This document shows positions 22,867-33,572 of a DNA stretch of 64,000 bases, piece by piece (within the stretch, counting starts at the first letter, position 1; each line of letters opens with the position of its first letter). The stretch covers positions 1,280,001 through 1,344,000 of the forward strand of contig CP000066.1 of assembly GCA_000002445.1 (NCBI GenBank). The letters run 5' to 3'. The notes beneath the pieces are model-generated. The model was not told the DNA's origin. It did no database searches and worked only from the letters and a program-made list of their open reading frames with translations. The DNA is from Trypanosoma brucei (Eukaryota). Position numbers and translations under genes: made by a program.

Positions 22867-23394
22867 AGCAAATTACGACCGCACAGTCTTTTCCCCCCTT
22901 TTCCTTCCCCTCCGTCGTCAGGGTTAGGGGGCGCACGTGGAGGTGGAGCTCTCTTTTTTTTTCTTTCCGTGCTTCCCTTCCCGCCTGCCACGGGGACTAT
23001 CTGACAACTAGTTTAAGACTTTCCGTACTTTTAGTTAGTTGAATGAATTGAATAGCAAAAACGAAGACAAGAAACCAAATAACAAAAAAAAGGGGGGGAA
23101 CACGGTAGAAACGAAGCTGCGAAGACACGAAAAGAGGGGAAGGGAGTCACATGTACACTTTTTCTTTGTCAAAGATGAGAAAACGAATCGCATGCGCCGA
23201 TTCACGAGCCAACTGGGGACAACAACAACGGCAACTAAGATGACATAGCGGGTGGAGTTTTCGTTTGTATGAAAAGAGTGCGGAAGAAAAGAGGACGCGG
23301 CAGGGGTTCCCTTCCTGTGGTGTCACCGCGATATTTAAAGGAGTCACACCCACACGTTTTTGAGCAACGACTCCTCTCTTTCTTTTGGCTCCTA

Positions 23395-26300
23395 CTAATC
23401 TGCGCTCATCATGACCTCTTCCCCAGGGGATAAAAAGCGTGTAACTGGAAGCTTATCACCAACACACTGGTCATCTCGCAGCGTGTCAAGCACCTGCTTC
23501 CAATGTGTGGACTGCTCAAGAAGGCCGTCATTTCCAATCATCACCATTGCGAAACGGGCTCTGCTGCAGCACACGATCATGCGGTTGCGCATTTTTAAGA
23601 ACTCCGTCAACCGTTCTGTACGCACCAAAGAAAGTATCACAACATCGTTCTCATCACCCTGAAAAAGATCCACCGTGCTCACGCAGACATCACTGAAGGC
23701 GTGCAGTCGGAGGGTCGTACGTAGCAACCTCAATTGTGCTAAATAAGGCGTAATGACCGTAATGGATTTCTGGTGTACCCCCTCGGTGGTGAGGTGAGCG
23801 ACAAGTTTCAGAACCATTTCAGCCTCCAACAAATTCACCTTGCTTCGGCTTCCTGGGGCCTCCGACTCCGGCTGACTGTGACGCCAGAAAAATACACGGC
23901 GTGCCAGACCGGGGACAGCGTCAGTATGCAATACACCTTTAGTACAAACAAACGGCCGTTTGTAGAGGTCTTTGTTATCCAACAGCATATTAGGACCGTA
24001 AAACGGCCGGACCAAGCGGGAGATGAGAGGATGCATGCGGCGTTGCTCTCTCAAACAGATCGGCCGCATACGCGAAGAAAGGCGCTCAAAGAGCGACATA
24101 TTTAATCGATTAAATTTTTCGTATAAAAACGTCTCTACCTTTGGTCGAAGCTGGAAGTGGTCACCGATGAGCACCACCTGTTGGAGGGAGTCTGTCATGC
24201 ACGCAAGTAACTGTGACTCAAGCACTTCTGCTGCTTCTTCAACTATCAAAATAGTCGGCCGGAGGGATCGGAGAAGGTTTTGATTGCTGGCGCAACCAGT
24301 TGTTGTGAGGCCAACTACATCCGCCCCCTGTAGAAGCTCAAGCTTCAGCTCACTCACAACGTGATCACGTATTGTCACGACGTTACTAATTGCATCCATA
24401 ATTAATAGACAGTCCCTTGCCTTAACGGAAATACACTTCCGAATGAGGTAGGCATAGTACTCATGGCGTAGAACAGGATCAAGACTCCACAGTGACAGCA
24501 ACTCCTCTGGGACACCTTCAGGACAGGTGGGAGGATTTTTCGCAAGCTCCATGGCCTCAGATGAAAGATATGTCGTATGTAGCGAGTCGTTGAACTTTCG
24601 GTTCTCCTCCTGGCGTCGCATTTCCTGAAACACACTTAGCTGTGCTGCACCGTCTTCCTCACCCTCCTTTTCGTCTTCAGGTTTACCCTCGGTCCTCTCA
24701 CGTGGCGACCGCTGTGCTTCCTCCAAAGCTGATTCCACGCGAGTTTTGAGAAGCTGCAAGTACAGCGTTCTATTTGCTGTTCTTTCCGACTTCCCCACAT
24801 ATTGCTTTCCTTGCAACCATTCATCGCGATCCTCGTATTTAATGTGTTTCCGCTGTTCCTCCGTCAGCCAGCGCTCGAAAAGTGACTTGGGCACACGACC
24901 CGATTCCAAATAGTGAATCTCCTTGATTAGGCGCTCTAGTCTTTGATTCATTAGATATATGCGCTCCTTAAGGCTATTAAGCATTGCCTTGTCCGTTTTG
25001 GTTCGCAATAATGCGTTAAGGTTGTAAGCATCGAGTGCCGCCTCCTTGGATTGGCCACCAATGCGAACAACGCGCTTTCCACAGGGGAAGAGATCGGCCT
25101 TGGTGGCACCCATTTCGTTGACCAAATGCTGTGCAATACGAGGCCGCTCGTCATCCCATAGCCCACTCTGGAGTAGATCTATGAGAAACTCATCAAGTGC
25201 ATGATTTTTATACGTGATGACAACAACAGGACCGACTATGCTTGGAAGCATGTGCTGTGGCGAAGTGGAGTGTAGCTGTTCCACGTCGATAGTACTAAGT
25301 ATATCACCCGATGAAACAAGCTGTTTGTACCGGACATACACCTCAACCAGTCGGCAACCAATGAACGACTTGCCTGTTCCGGGTGGGCCTTGCACAAGAA
25401 GAATATCGGAGCTGGGGAACAGGCGAAGGGCTTCCTCCTGTCCCTTGTCCAACGTAAAGCGGTCGCAGACATCTGCAATCAAACTCTGGAACGCAAACTC
25501 ACAGTGGGGTGGGATGTACGCGACGAGCTCGCCAGGTTTTTTTGCTTTACAAGTTATTCCATTCGCGGAGGCATGGGCGGCCGCCTCGGGACTCACCAGA
25601 GAGGACAGCATAGGCAGTGGCATGGCAAGTGGCCCAACAAACGCATGAAGAGCCTTCATGATGCTTTTATAACCCATCATGAACACCTCTGTTACCAACA
25701 TTAATGAACAGTCCATCTTGTTCAGGGATTCGTTACGATGCAGTTTTTCAGCGAGAAGTTCAAAACTTGCACTGCTGTCACAAGGTGAGACGACGACCAT
25801 GTTTCCGCTCAGTAGTGGTTTGTTGAGGGAGGTCACGGAACACCAAAAGATCTCGTCGTCTTCCATGACGGTACGGTTGAGCCCAGTTGTGATGCAAAGA
25901 GTGGTACCCACCGGAATGTTCACCGGCGCTTGGGCTTTAGGGCTCTTCGGCTGCACCTGGAGAATGTAACTGGTACAACAGGCAATGTCCCTGTCTTTGG
26001 TGACGACGCGGCCCATAAACCTTACACTGTGGTACAAACGTGCGTGTTGGACATCGGATACCGTTTCCTCTGTAGGTTTGTAATCAGGGAAATTGAAGCA
26101 TGCTGCAGGAAGAATTCTGCTCACTGCTTCGAAAGTATCCGCTTGCAGCATTCTGCAGTGATCCGTGATGAACGACTCTGTGGTGTCGTAAACCTTGCTA
26201 CCGTTCACGGGAAGATTGCATGGAGAGAACGGAGACAACTCGTGCGGTGGGGGAATGGAGAAGTCAGACGCTGATGGAATGAGGATGTCTGTGCTTCTGC

Positions 26301-27639
26301 TACCTTCCATGTTCTGCATGCGCCCTAACGTGGCATCCACCTTTCTTTTTCTTACTGCCAAAACTGAGCCCGGTAACTCTCCAGCAGATCCTCTTGTAGC
26401 CTTCACACCCTCGTTCAGCAATGAAATGAGAGTGGTTTGCACCGATGCAACCCCGTCTCCCGCTACCGGTGCATGCTGCCGCAAAAGCACAATAAGATTC
26501 GCCACCTCAAGCCAACGTTCAACTGCTGTCGCCATGTCACCCTCATTCAAAATTTCCCGACCAATCTCAAGTGCACTTTGCACCATTGATGGGAAGAACG
26601 CCGGAATAGTTCCATCCTTCGATTCACGTTGCAATAACACGAGAAACGACTGCAGAAGTGGAATGTGGATAGGTTCACGGTTCCCAACAAAAGTGGTCAA
26701 CTCCACAAGGGTGTGCACACCATCAACGAATGCGGCGGGTGGCATATCTCTCAACAGACGCAGCATATCTGGCCATTCAAACGTATGAGTCATAACGGCC
26801 TTAATCACTGTAATTGGCTGCGTTGCGTTTTTGCATCGCCTAATAAACTTGTAAACATCCTCCGACGTTACATGTGGCGTCTCCAGCCGGATGTCTACGG
26901 CTATTGGGTAGTCCCTGCTAACGTCAATTTTAAGTGTAACAGCATCCCCAACAGCAACTTCCCTCACACCGTAATCGACGCGGTCTACAAAGAATTTAAC
27001 TTCACCCATGTCGGGCACCCGAACGAAGCCAATGTTATGCTCTGTGTCCACACGTCCAATGGTACCGCGCCGTCGTTCCTCCACGAATGGTTCCAGATCC
27101 CTTCGCTCATTATTATTTTGCACCCACACGTGTGGTCCACCAACCTTCACATCACGCGTGCCCCCTCGCCCATCCCTCACTTGAGCGCCACCTTTTTTGA
27201 TTGCGAGCAGAGTAACGGGATCATTTTCCCACTGCCTTTCTTGCATCAGTCGGTAGCGCTCAATCTCCGCACGGTGAGCCGCAAACTTTTCCAAAACACC
27301 TCCCCCTTTTGGTACCTTAGCTTCCGTGCATTGCCGTTTGGTGTGGCCCTCTTTCCTGCACTCCCTACACCACCGTTTCTCCCGAAGCGTCAGCAGGCCA
27401 TTCTGCAACCAAAACTGTAGTGCCTCCTTCTGCTCATCTGTTCGCGCCGGATTCGTAAATATTGCCTTCCAGTGCTCTTTGTCTTCCAAGTGCGTGGTGG
27501 CGTACTGAGCCAATAGTGGATGGAAATCCACAATTCTCAGGAATGTCCAGTGGTTGCACAGAACATCATCCGGATCCTTCCAATCGATGCTCGCACTCTT
27601 TTCGTCATTCCACTGCCGCTCCACCTCCATGTCGCGCAT
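23395..27639 (-). CDS. ZNFX1-like (Upf1-like superfamily 1) RNA helicase, about 1414 aa, with an N-terminal CCHC zinc knuckle and a cold-shock-domain-like segment
   Basis: Helicase motifs: LVQGPPGTGKSF (Walker A), ITYKNHALDEFL, IVEEAAEVLE (motif II, ZNFX1-type EEAAE), VLIGDHFQLRP, LREQRRMHP, CCSRARFAMVMIGN. A long coiled-coil insert lies between motifs I and II, as in ZNFX1. The N-terminal region has CRECRKEGHTKRQC (C-x2-C-x4-H-x4-C) and GTIGRVDTEHNIGFVRVPDMGEVKFFV, which is CSD-like. Start placed at MRDMEV (cat at 27637-27639). The ORF track extends 78 codons upstream through low-complexity sequence. Confidence 0.8.
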   Translation of the reverse strand: MRDMEVERQWNDEKSASIDWKDPDDVLCNHWTFLRIVDFHPLLAQYATTHLEDKEHWKAIFTNPARTDEQKEALQFWLQNGLLTLREKRWCRECRKEGHTKRQCTEAKVPKGGGVLEKFAAHRAEIERYRLMQERQWENDPVTLLAIKKGGAQVRDGRGGTRDVKVGGPHVWVQNNNERRDLEPFVEERRRGTIGRVDTEHNIGFVRVPDMGEVKFFVDRVDYGVREVAVGDAVTLKIDVSRDYPIAVDIRLETPHVTSEDVYKFIRRCKNATQPITVIKAVMTHTFEWPDMLRLLRDMPPAAFVDGVHTLVELTTFVGNREPIHIPLLQSFLVLLQRESKDGTIPAFFPSMVQSALEIGREILNEGDMATAVERWLEVANLIVLLRQHAPVAGDGVASVQTTLISLLNEGVKATRGSAGELPGSVLAVRKRKVDATLGRMQNMEGSRSTDILIPSASDFSIPPPHELSPFSPCNLPVNGSKVYDTTESFITDHCRMLQADTFEAVSRILPAACFNFPDYKPTEETVSDVQHARLYHSVRFMGRVVTKDRDIACCTSYILQVQPKSPKAQAPVNIPVGTTLCITTGLNRTVMEDDEIFWCSVTSLNKPLLSGNMVVVSPCDSSASFELLAEKLHRNESLNKMDCSLMLVTEVFMMGYKSIMKALHAFVGPLAMPLPMLSSLVSPEAAAHASANGITCKAKKPGELVAYIPPHCEFAFQSLIADVCDRFTLDKGQEEALRLFPSSDILLVQGPPGTGKSFIGCRLVEVYVRYKQLVSSGDILSTIDVEQLHSTSPQHMLPSIVGPVVVITYKNHALDEFLIDLLQSGLWDDERPRIAQHLVNEMGATKADLFPCGKRVVRIGGQSKEAALDAYNLNALLRTKTDKAMLNSLKERIYLMNQRLERLIKEIHYLESGRVPKSLFERWLTEEQRKHIKYEDRDEWLQGKQYVGKSERTANRTLYLQLLKTRVESALEEAQRSPRERTEGKPEDEKEGEEDGAAQLSVFQEMRRQEENRKFNDSLHTTYLSSEAMELAKNPPTCPEGVPEELLSLWSLDPVLRHEYYAYLIRKCISVKARDCLLIMDAISNVVTIRDHVVSELKLELLQGADVVGLTTTGCASNQNLLRSLRPTILIVEEAAEVLESQLLACMTDSLQQVVLIGDHFQLRPKVETFLYEKFNRLNMSLFERLSSRMRPICLREQRRMHPLISRLVRPFYGPNMLLDNKDLYKRPFVCTKGVLHTDAVPGLARRVFFWRHSQPESEAPGSRSKVNLLEAEMVLKLVAHLTTEGVHQKSITVITPYLAQLRLLRTTLRLHAFSDVCVSTVDLFQGDENDVVILSLVRTERLTEFLKMRNRMIVCCSRARFAMVMIGNDGLLEQSTHWKQVLDTLRDDQCVGDKLPVTRFLSPGEEVMMSAD

Positions 27640-28092
27640 AAGGACTGTCACTCCGCTAGCTCTGCGTATGTGTGCGTGTGTGCGTTTACACTCTAGGGAA
27701 CTCTTATTATTTGATTTAGTCCGCACAGCCACAGCCAACTCCACAGAAGACCTGCAATCGTGGAGTGAGCGAGATGGTGGGGCAGGGGAAATGCGATAGA
27801 TGTGTGCGCTGTGCCAGCGCCTACAGCCACTTTTGCGAAAAAAAAAGAAGAAAACATTCACCAGAAGCAACAACAGAACAACGATAAGAGATGAAGGTAA
27901 TGGCTAGAAGAACAGTAGTAAATAATGTAAAACAGAAAATCCCCCATCAGCTTGGGCACATCAGGCTGGAGATTTGTCAGTTGCCTCTCGAACACGGTTC
28001 TTGTTGGTATTGCCGCAATACTTCCCCAGCTTTCCCCCCTCGGATTCACAACATTTGAATTAATACGTTAATAATTCCCCATACTTCTGTTG

Positions 28093-28094
<2 letters not shown>

Positions 28095-28123
<29 letters not shown>
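28095..28123. repeat. (GT)14 microsatellite in the helicase/UGGT intergenic region. Nearby (GAAAAA)n at about 28311-28345 and (CGCCAA)3 at about 28348-28366.
   Basis: Direct reading: gaagtgtgtgtgtgtgtgtgtgtgtgtgtgtggttt, gaaaagaaaaaagaaaaaagaaaaaagaaaaaaaaaag, gctaacgccaacgccaacgccat. Confidence 0.9.
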
Positions 28124-28544
28124 GTTTATGTGTAGAAACTTCGTCTTAACTAGTCAAGTACGTCCAAGAAGCAAAAACTAAGCACGAATAGTGGTGCAGA
28201 ATGCCCGGCAAGCATTGCTAATTTTAAAGAAAAATCATGCCCACCACCTTATACGCGCATGCCACTGTGAATCACTTGCATGGCAGATTACATTCATGAT
28301 GGAAAAGAAAAAAGAAAAAAGAAAAAAGAAAAAAAAAAGAAAAACGCTAACGCCAACGCCAACGCCATAAAATAAACGGAGTAAGAAGGTTTATCAAGTC
28401 ACATAGCCCGTTACTACCGCAAGTGGTTGTAAGACAGGAGAAGGTGGGGGAGGGAGGAACAAATCATCCCAAAACACTCATTTGGGGCCCCAAGTGACAC
28501 ATCTCAATATATTTCACTTGCCTGCAACATTCCCCAAGCTCGCA

Positions 28545-31500
28545 TTACATCATCCCACTTGAATCCATCGGATCCATTAACTTTCCTTGTCCTTTTTTTT
28601 TTTCTGCACCATCTCTGAGCTCTGCATTACGTTTCTCAAGAAGCTGCTTAGAAAGGTCTTCCAACTCCCGATCCATCTCGTCCCAACCGTCAACGATACG
28701 CCGCACATTTTCTAGTTTGGGTATCTTTGTCAGAGGGTTGTTGCAGAGGTCTATGGTCTTGGCACGTGCCTTACTCTCTCCTGCGCACCAGGTCTCACAC
28801 CAGAGCCATTCCTCCGGCAGTGAAAATATGGGCATCTCATCCTGCATGAAGTTTGGTAAATCCTGATCCAGATTGGCGAGGCTTCCGGGATCTTCGCTAA
28901 GCCTGGCGTACGTTGCGCGGTACTTGTCGCCGCCTAGCGCAGCCCGCAGTCGCTGCACGTTGACTAAATAAAGTGCACTGATATGATATGGTTTTCCTCG
29001 TAAGTGACTCAACCAAAACCCTTGGTCCCAGAACCGAAAGTTTGTTGTGGCATCGTTAGGGTACTCTCTGCAGAAGGGCGTGTAGGCCATTGCGGCAGCG
29101 CCAATATTCATATTGTACAGTTCATGCAAGTCCGCTTGCACGATCTGATCCGCATCAACAAATATGACGCGGTCTACGTTAAGTGGGAAAAGAACGTCAA
29201 GGAAGAGAATCTTGTAGGCCCAAATGGTGCGTTGCTTCTCCGTTTGCTTGTTTAGCCACCACGGCCAGCGGTAAGTAACGAATCCTACATCGAAACCGTA
29301 GTGCTCTGCCAACAGGGGCACGAGCTCCTTGAACTGCGGTGATAAGAAGTTCTCTATGAGCCAGAACTTAATCCGCGTTGTGTTAGCTCCGTGTACATCT
29401 GAGGAGGTGCGCATTACGGTGTGCATCATGATGCGGAGGAACCTCTCATACAAATGTCCAGAGGCAACTGTAAAAATATTAAGCGTTGGAAATTTGGGAC
29501 GCTCACTCCGCGGCCCCTTTGGTGGCCACTCGGCATTACTCGCCTCGACAGCCGCGGCGGCGATGCTTTCGATGCTGGCTTCCTCAAAACCTGCCGTCCT
29601 CGATATACCGAGTCGAATGAAGGATCCCGTAAAGGAAGAAACAACAACAGGAATGCTTTGTCCAGCGGTGTAGTTGAAGTGACGCCCTACAGAACCGACT
29701 GCTACGTCAAGCACTGGGTCGTCGTTGTGATGAGAAATATAAAACGCTCGCGCGATGGCCCCCGGTTGCACGCCCAAGTACCAGAGACCTGGTGTGCTCT
29801 GAAGTTGGAAGTAGCCTTTGATCGTCATGACGATCGTGTCGCGCGTCGTATTGGTATAACTGCCGCTTGTATGGTTATACAGTGATGAGCGAATTTGCAA
29901 CGGAAGTCCGCTGGAGGGACCTCCTGTGCTGTCGTCTTCGGCACTCCCGGAAATGAGGATGGAGTTAATACGGTACGTTGCATAGAGATACTTCGATGAA
30001 GGTGGGAGCCTCGACAGAATAATATTATCGAGATCATATTCTGCCTCCATGGGGAAAACTGTCCAATACTCTGCCTCTTCTATGCCTAGCGTCAACAGAT
30101 GTTTATCCGGCAGATGACTGAACACGGCCTTAGGAGCTACCACACGTCCCTCAGCATCGAAACGCAGTTGTAGTTCGCCAACAAACTTGTAGTAATTACG
30201 TATCGTGTTCCCAACCGTTAACGAAGGGTTCAAATACACTGTGCAGACGGCTCCAATGGACAACTGAGAGATATAGTTGCATAAGGAGACAAGCTGCTGC
30301 GACGCGCGGGCCACGGGGTCTACCACAACCGTAAGCCGATGCCTTGGCACCCTCTTTTCGGTCGCGCCCACAACAAATGAGAGTGGGCCTGGGCTCACGG
30401 GAAGCCGAGTTTTTTGCTCCTCACGACGGTCATTGTTGGCCGCATCACGTCTCAACGCCGCTACAACAGCGGCAATTCTGGAGGCATAAAAATTTTGGTC
30501 ACTACCGGGTATTTCCAGACCAGGGTCCATACCGACAAAAGTGGCTTCCTCAAGCACATTCCATACTTTCTTTGGGGTATGGCCACCTTCCAGGGTTGCT
30601 ACTTCGAAGTCCTCTTCAGTAAAGTTGTCATACACAAAAAGGCGACCGTTTACGTAATAATGAACACTCCCCGGGGCTATTTCGTGCACCGCCGAAACAC
30701 TACCAGTCATCTCCCTGCAGAACTCAGATGCGAGTAAAAACAACTGATTAAGCTTCCCTGCTTGGTCCCTGGTGCTGCCTTCAGCAGATGCTCTGAAAAG
30801 TGCTTGTAGTTGGTCGGAGAACTTAACACCTTTCAACACGTGCTCGTACTTTTTCGGATCGTCCAGTTGCCATCCTGGGTGGCTGTGCTCAAAGGTTGAG
30901 AGAAGAAACTCTTGCAACAAGTTTAAACACTCCGACTTGTCCGCCACCCCACAGTGCTGCAACAGCAGGTGCAAATCGTCGACAACGGTGCGGGAGTTTG
31001 TTTTCAGTGAAGTACCGCACACAGCAAACGTCAGTCGTGTTCGGCCACACGTCTCGTCAGCACCTTTGCAAAGAAGAAGGGACCGTACGGCATTGAGGGT
31101 TGCCTGTAAACTTTGTGCAGTTACGGGCACGTGTAGGGTTAACACACCACTGACCAATGATACTTCGTTCATGCCACTTGTTGACGGGTATATAAACGGG
31201 TACTTGTGGAGGAAGCTCAACACCGAGTTGTGGCTCCAGTCGGCAAACGTTTTGTTCTCAAAAAGAGCCGCAACATAGCGAGTCCTCGCACCGCTCAACT
31301 CCAGAACGGATTCATAGAGGTTATCATCGTCGTCGCTTAAGGCGCCCATCTCCACCAGTTTCTGTAAATGTGCAAACTCCTCCCAAATACCGTGTTGAAG
31401 AACGATCGAAATATCGGTATGGACTCGGCCATTGAGAAGCACTACTGGAAACTTACTAAACCCCAACGTACGCACCATCTTTTGCGTTTTCTCATAGTGA

Positions 31501-33572
31501 GTAATGAACGCAGGGTCAAGCACCACGTCGTCGACTGCACGCTTCCTTGCTTGCATCAGGACGGACTGCGTGATCATCTTTACGCTCAGTTCTGTGATGG
31601 TTTGCTTTGCCATCATCTCCCTGGTCATGGCCATAAGAAAATCGGAAACCGCAGCAGGGTCCGCCTCTCCTTGCATTAGCTCCCAAACCGTGGCCGCGAC
31701 CAGTAGTGTAGCTTTCGATGAATCTGAGACGGCAACCTTGTCGAATTTCTTACCCACCAAGGTCACCTCCGGACTCCAATGTTTGTCAACGAATACAACG
31801 CCAAAGCGTATGGGCTGCTGAGCTCTCCGCGCCACCTCAAAGATGGTACCCATTCCTTCATACGTAGTAGGGTCCGCAATACATACAACATGGAGAACAT
31901 TCCGCCTTGGCAGCGTCGGAGCTGCCGCACCATTCCTTAGCATCGAACGGAGCGTCGTGGGAAGACGGTACAAGTAGGCATTATTTTCTACGTCGTTGAA
32001 CCAAGTTACGGCGTCTTGTGGTAGCCACACACGGGCGGTAGTATCTCCACTACCACCACTCAGCGATTCCCCTTGAAATTGGATGCGGGCCAACCCATTT
32101 ACTACATCCGTCACGTCTGTATTACCGTTCCGAGTGGCGTCGTTGGAAGAATGAAGTTCGGAACGACTAACCAAGATCGTGCTGAGGGTATCAAGTAACC
32201 TCTCATACTCTTCTATTTTTTCCATCATGTAAAAGAGGTTAATGTTTTCGGTGGTCACCGCGCATCCGTTAAGGAAAACATGCGAGGAGCTGTGATACAT
32301 GCTCCTTCCAATGGCATCCAATTCTCGAACAAATTTTGGGTCCTTTCTGGCAGCTGCAACAAAACTCATCCGAGAAAGAAGCGACGCATAATTAGGAAAA
32401 TTCGTCAATACGTCCAAGAGCGCATGGAGCGGTTCTCTGCTCGGATCCATAACATATTGCGCAGCAGCAATACCGATATGAGCCTTTTCCCACGAATGAA
32501 GGTCTACCTTAACTCCTTGCTCGATATTCTTACCTACAGCATCCTCAAAGTGACTCAGTTGCAAACTTTGGTCGGGATATCGCTTCTGTAACAAAGATAT
32601 GTTAAATCCACCTAGAAGATGTTCTTCTCCACTCCCCATGGCACCTAAAACATCCCTTCGTCCCAGTTTGTGCTGCAAGTTCGCGGTAGATTCCCCAGCT
32701 ATTCGATCATCCACCGCTCTGTACTCAGTGCTCTTTATGTCAACGGAGACACCGTACCCCTGAACTGCCAGCATGTCGTTCCACTGATTTCCTGAGACGG
32801 GCAAGTGCCGAAACACCAACTTGGTTGTTTGCTTGTGACGTTTCACAGCCTGAAGGAGTCGCATGGTTTGCCCTTCCCCAACGATACCATACATGATGAC
32901 AAGGTTGGGACCGTTTAAATGTGGATGAACGTGATCCAGATTGGCAATCACACCCATTGCGTTATCCGCGTTTAGTTCAGTCTCGCGGTCAGCATTACAT
33001 CCAGTGGCATCGCTGCCACTAGGTCCCTTCAATTCGAGCTCCTTCGCAAGTTTATGCTCGTCGCAAAACGCCTTGTTTCCAATCAGCGCAAAAGGCCTTC
33101 CCTCAGCAGCACATCCACCCGTGCGATTTATTGCCCTCCCCGCCAGCTGCCGATGCGCCTCCACCGTGGGGGAATGCATCCTGACAGCTAGTTTGGTTGT
33201 TAAGAAGGCCACGTGGTGTGGCGGGTGTTTGTTGCTCTGCATTATATCCATCAGCACGTCGTACTGTTCCTTCTGAGTCATGGTACGGGCGCCACCACTC
33301 CTATTCGTTGCTTCTGCTCGGAGCCAAACATCTTCCAAGCATTTGTAAAACCCGGAGGGCGCATCATCATGTGTTTGAGTCCCTACCGGCACGGTAAGTG
33401 AAGCTACCGCCTCACATCCCTCCTGAAGTAACGGAGTTTCGGTCCATGGTGCCACCACCTTCACATATACGCCTTTGCCTTCCACTGTTAACACGTGACA
33501 ATGTATGGATGCAACAAAAATGAAGACAATCAATTGCCTAATTTCATTGCTCCTGAGCGTGCAGCAGCTCAT
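28545..33572 (-). CDS. UGGT: UDP-glucose:glycoprotein glucosyltransferase (UGGT), 1675 aa, an ER glycoprotein folding sensor
   Basis: N-terminal hydrophobic signal-like segment (LIVFIFVASIHCHVLTV). The large N-terminal region is consistent with thioredoxin-like folding-sensor domains. The C-terminal 300 aa or so form a GT24/GT8-like catalytic domain with DADQIV and DQDLPN motifs, typical of UGGT. The size matches. Confidence 0.85.
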   Translation of the reverse strand: MSCCTLRSNEIRQLIVFIFVASIHCHVLTVEGKGVYVKVVAPWTETPLLQEGCEAVASLTVPVGTQTHDDAPSGFYKCLEDVWLRAEATNRSGGARTMTQKEQYDVLMDIMQSNKHPPHHVAFLTTKLAVRMHSPTVEAHRQLAGRAINRTGGCAAEGRPFALIGNKAFCDEHKLAKELELKGPSGSDATGCNADRETELNADNAMGVIANLDHVHPHLNGPNLVIMYGIVGEGQTMRLLQAVKRHKQTTKLVFRHLPVSGNQWNDMLAVQGYGVSVDIKSTEYRAVDDRIAGESTANLQHKLGRRDVLGAMGSGEEHLLGGFNISLLQKRYPDQSLQLSHFEDAVGKNIEQGVKVDLHSWEKAHIGIAAAQYVMDPSREPLHALLDVLTNFPNYASLLSRMSFVAAARKDPKFVRELDAIGRSMYHSSSHVFLNGCAVTTENINLFYMMEKIEEYERLLDTLSTILVSRSELHSSNDATRNGNTDVTDVVNGLARIQFQGESLSGGSGDTTARVWLPQDAVTWFNDVENNAYLYRLPTTLRSMLRNGAAAPTLPRRNVLHVVCIADPTTYEGMGTIFEVARRAQQPIRFGVVFVDKHWSPEVTLVGKKFDKVAVSDSSKATLLVAATVWELMQGEADPAAVSDFLMAMTREMMAKQTITELSVKMITQSVLMQARKRAVDDVVLDPAFITHYEKTQKMVRTLGFSKFPVVLLNGRVHTDISIVLQHGIWEEFAHLQKLVEMGALSDDDDNLYESVLELSGARTRYVAALFENKTFADWSHNSVLSFLHKYPFIYPSTSGMNEVSLVSGVLTLHVPVTAQSLQATLNAVRSLLLCKGADETCGRTRLTFAVCGTSLKTNSRTVVDDLHLLLQHCGVADKSECLNLLQEFLLSTFEHSHPGWQLDDPKKYEHVLKGVKFSDQLQALFRASAEGSTRDQAGKLNQLFLLASEFCREMTGSVSAVHEIAPGSVHYYVNGRLFVYDNFTEEDFEVATLEGGHTPKKVWNVLEEATFVGMDPGLEIPGSDQNFYASRIAAVVAALRRDAANNDRREEQKTRLPVSPGPLSFVVGATEKRVPRHRLTVVVDPVARASQQLVSLCNYISQLSIGAVCTVYLNPSLTVGNTIRNYYKFVGELQLRFDAEGRVVAPKAVFSHLPDKHLLTLGIEEAEYWTVFPMEAEYDLDNIILSRLPPSSKYLYATYRINSILISGSAEDDSTGGPSSGLPLQIRSSLYNHTSGSYTNTTRDTIVMTIKGYFQLQSTPGLWYLGVQPGAIARAFYISHHNDDPVLDVAVGSVGRHFNYTAGQSIPVVVSSFTGSFIRLGISRTAGFEEASIESIAAAAVEASNAEWPPKGPRSERPKFPTLNIFTVASGHLYERFLRIMMHTVMRTSSDVHGANTTRIKFWLIENFLSPQFKELVPLLAEHYGFDVGFVTYRWPWWLNKQTEKQRTIWAYKILFLDVLFPLNVDRVIFVDADQIVQADLHELYNMNIGAAAMAYTPFCREYPNDATTNFRFWDQGFWLSHLRGKPYHISALYLVNVQRLRAALGGDKYRATYARLSEDPGSLANLDQDLPNFMQDEMPIFSLPEEWLWCETWCAGESKARAKTIDLCNNPLTKIPKLENVRRIVDGWDEMDRELEDLSKQLLEKRNAELRDGAEKKKGQGKLMDPMDSSGMM

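Noticed and set aside
28545-28570. Looked for a canonical ER-retrieval tetrapeptide at the UGGT C-terminus
   Set aside because: The ORF ends …DPMDSSGMM, which is not a KDEL/HDEL-type signal. Kinetoplastid ER proteins use variant signals (e.g. MDDL-like), and the GT24 assignment is strong, so I did not downgrade the UGGT call or flag a pseudogene.
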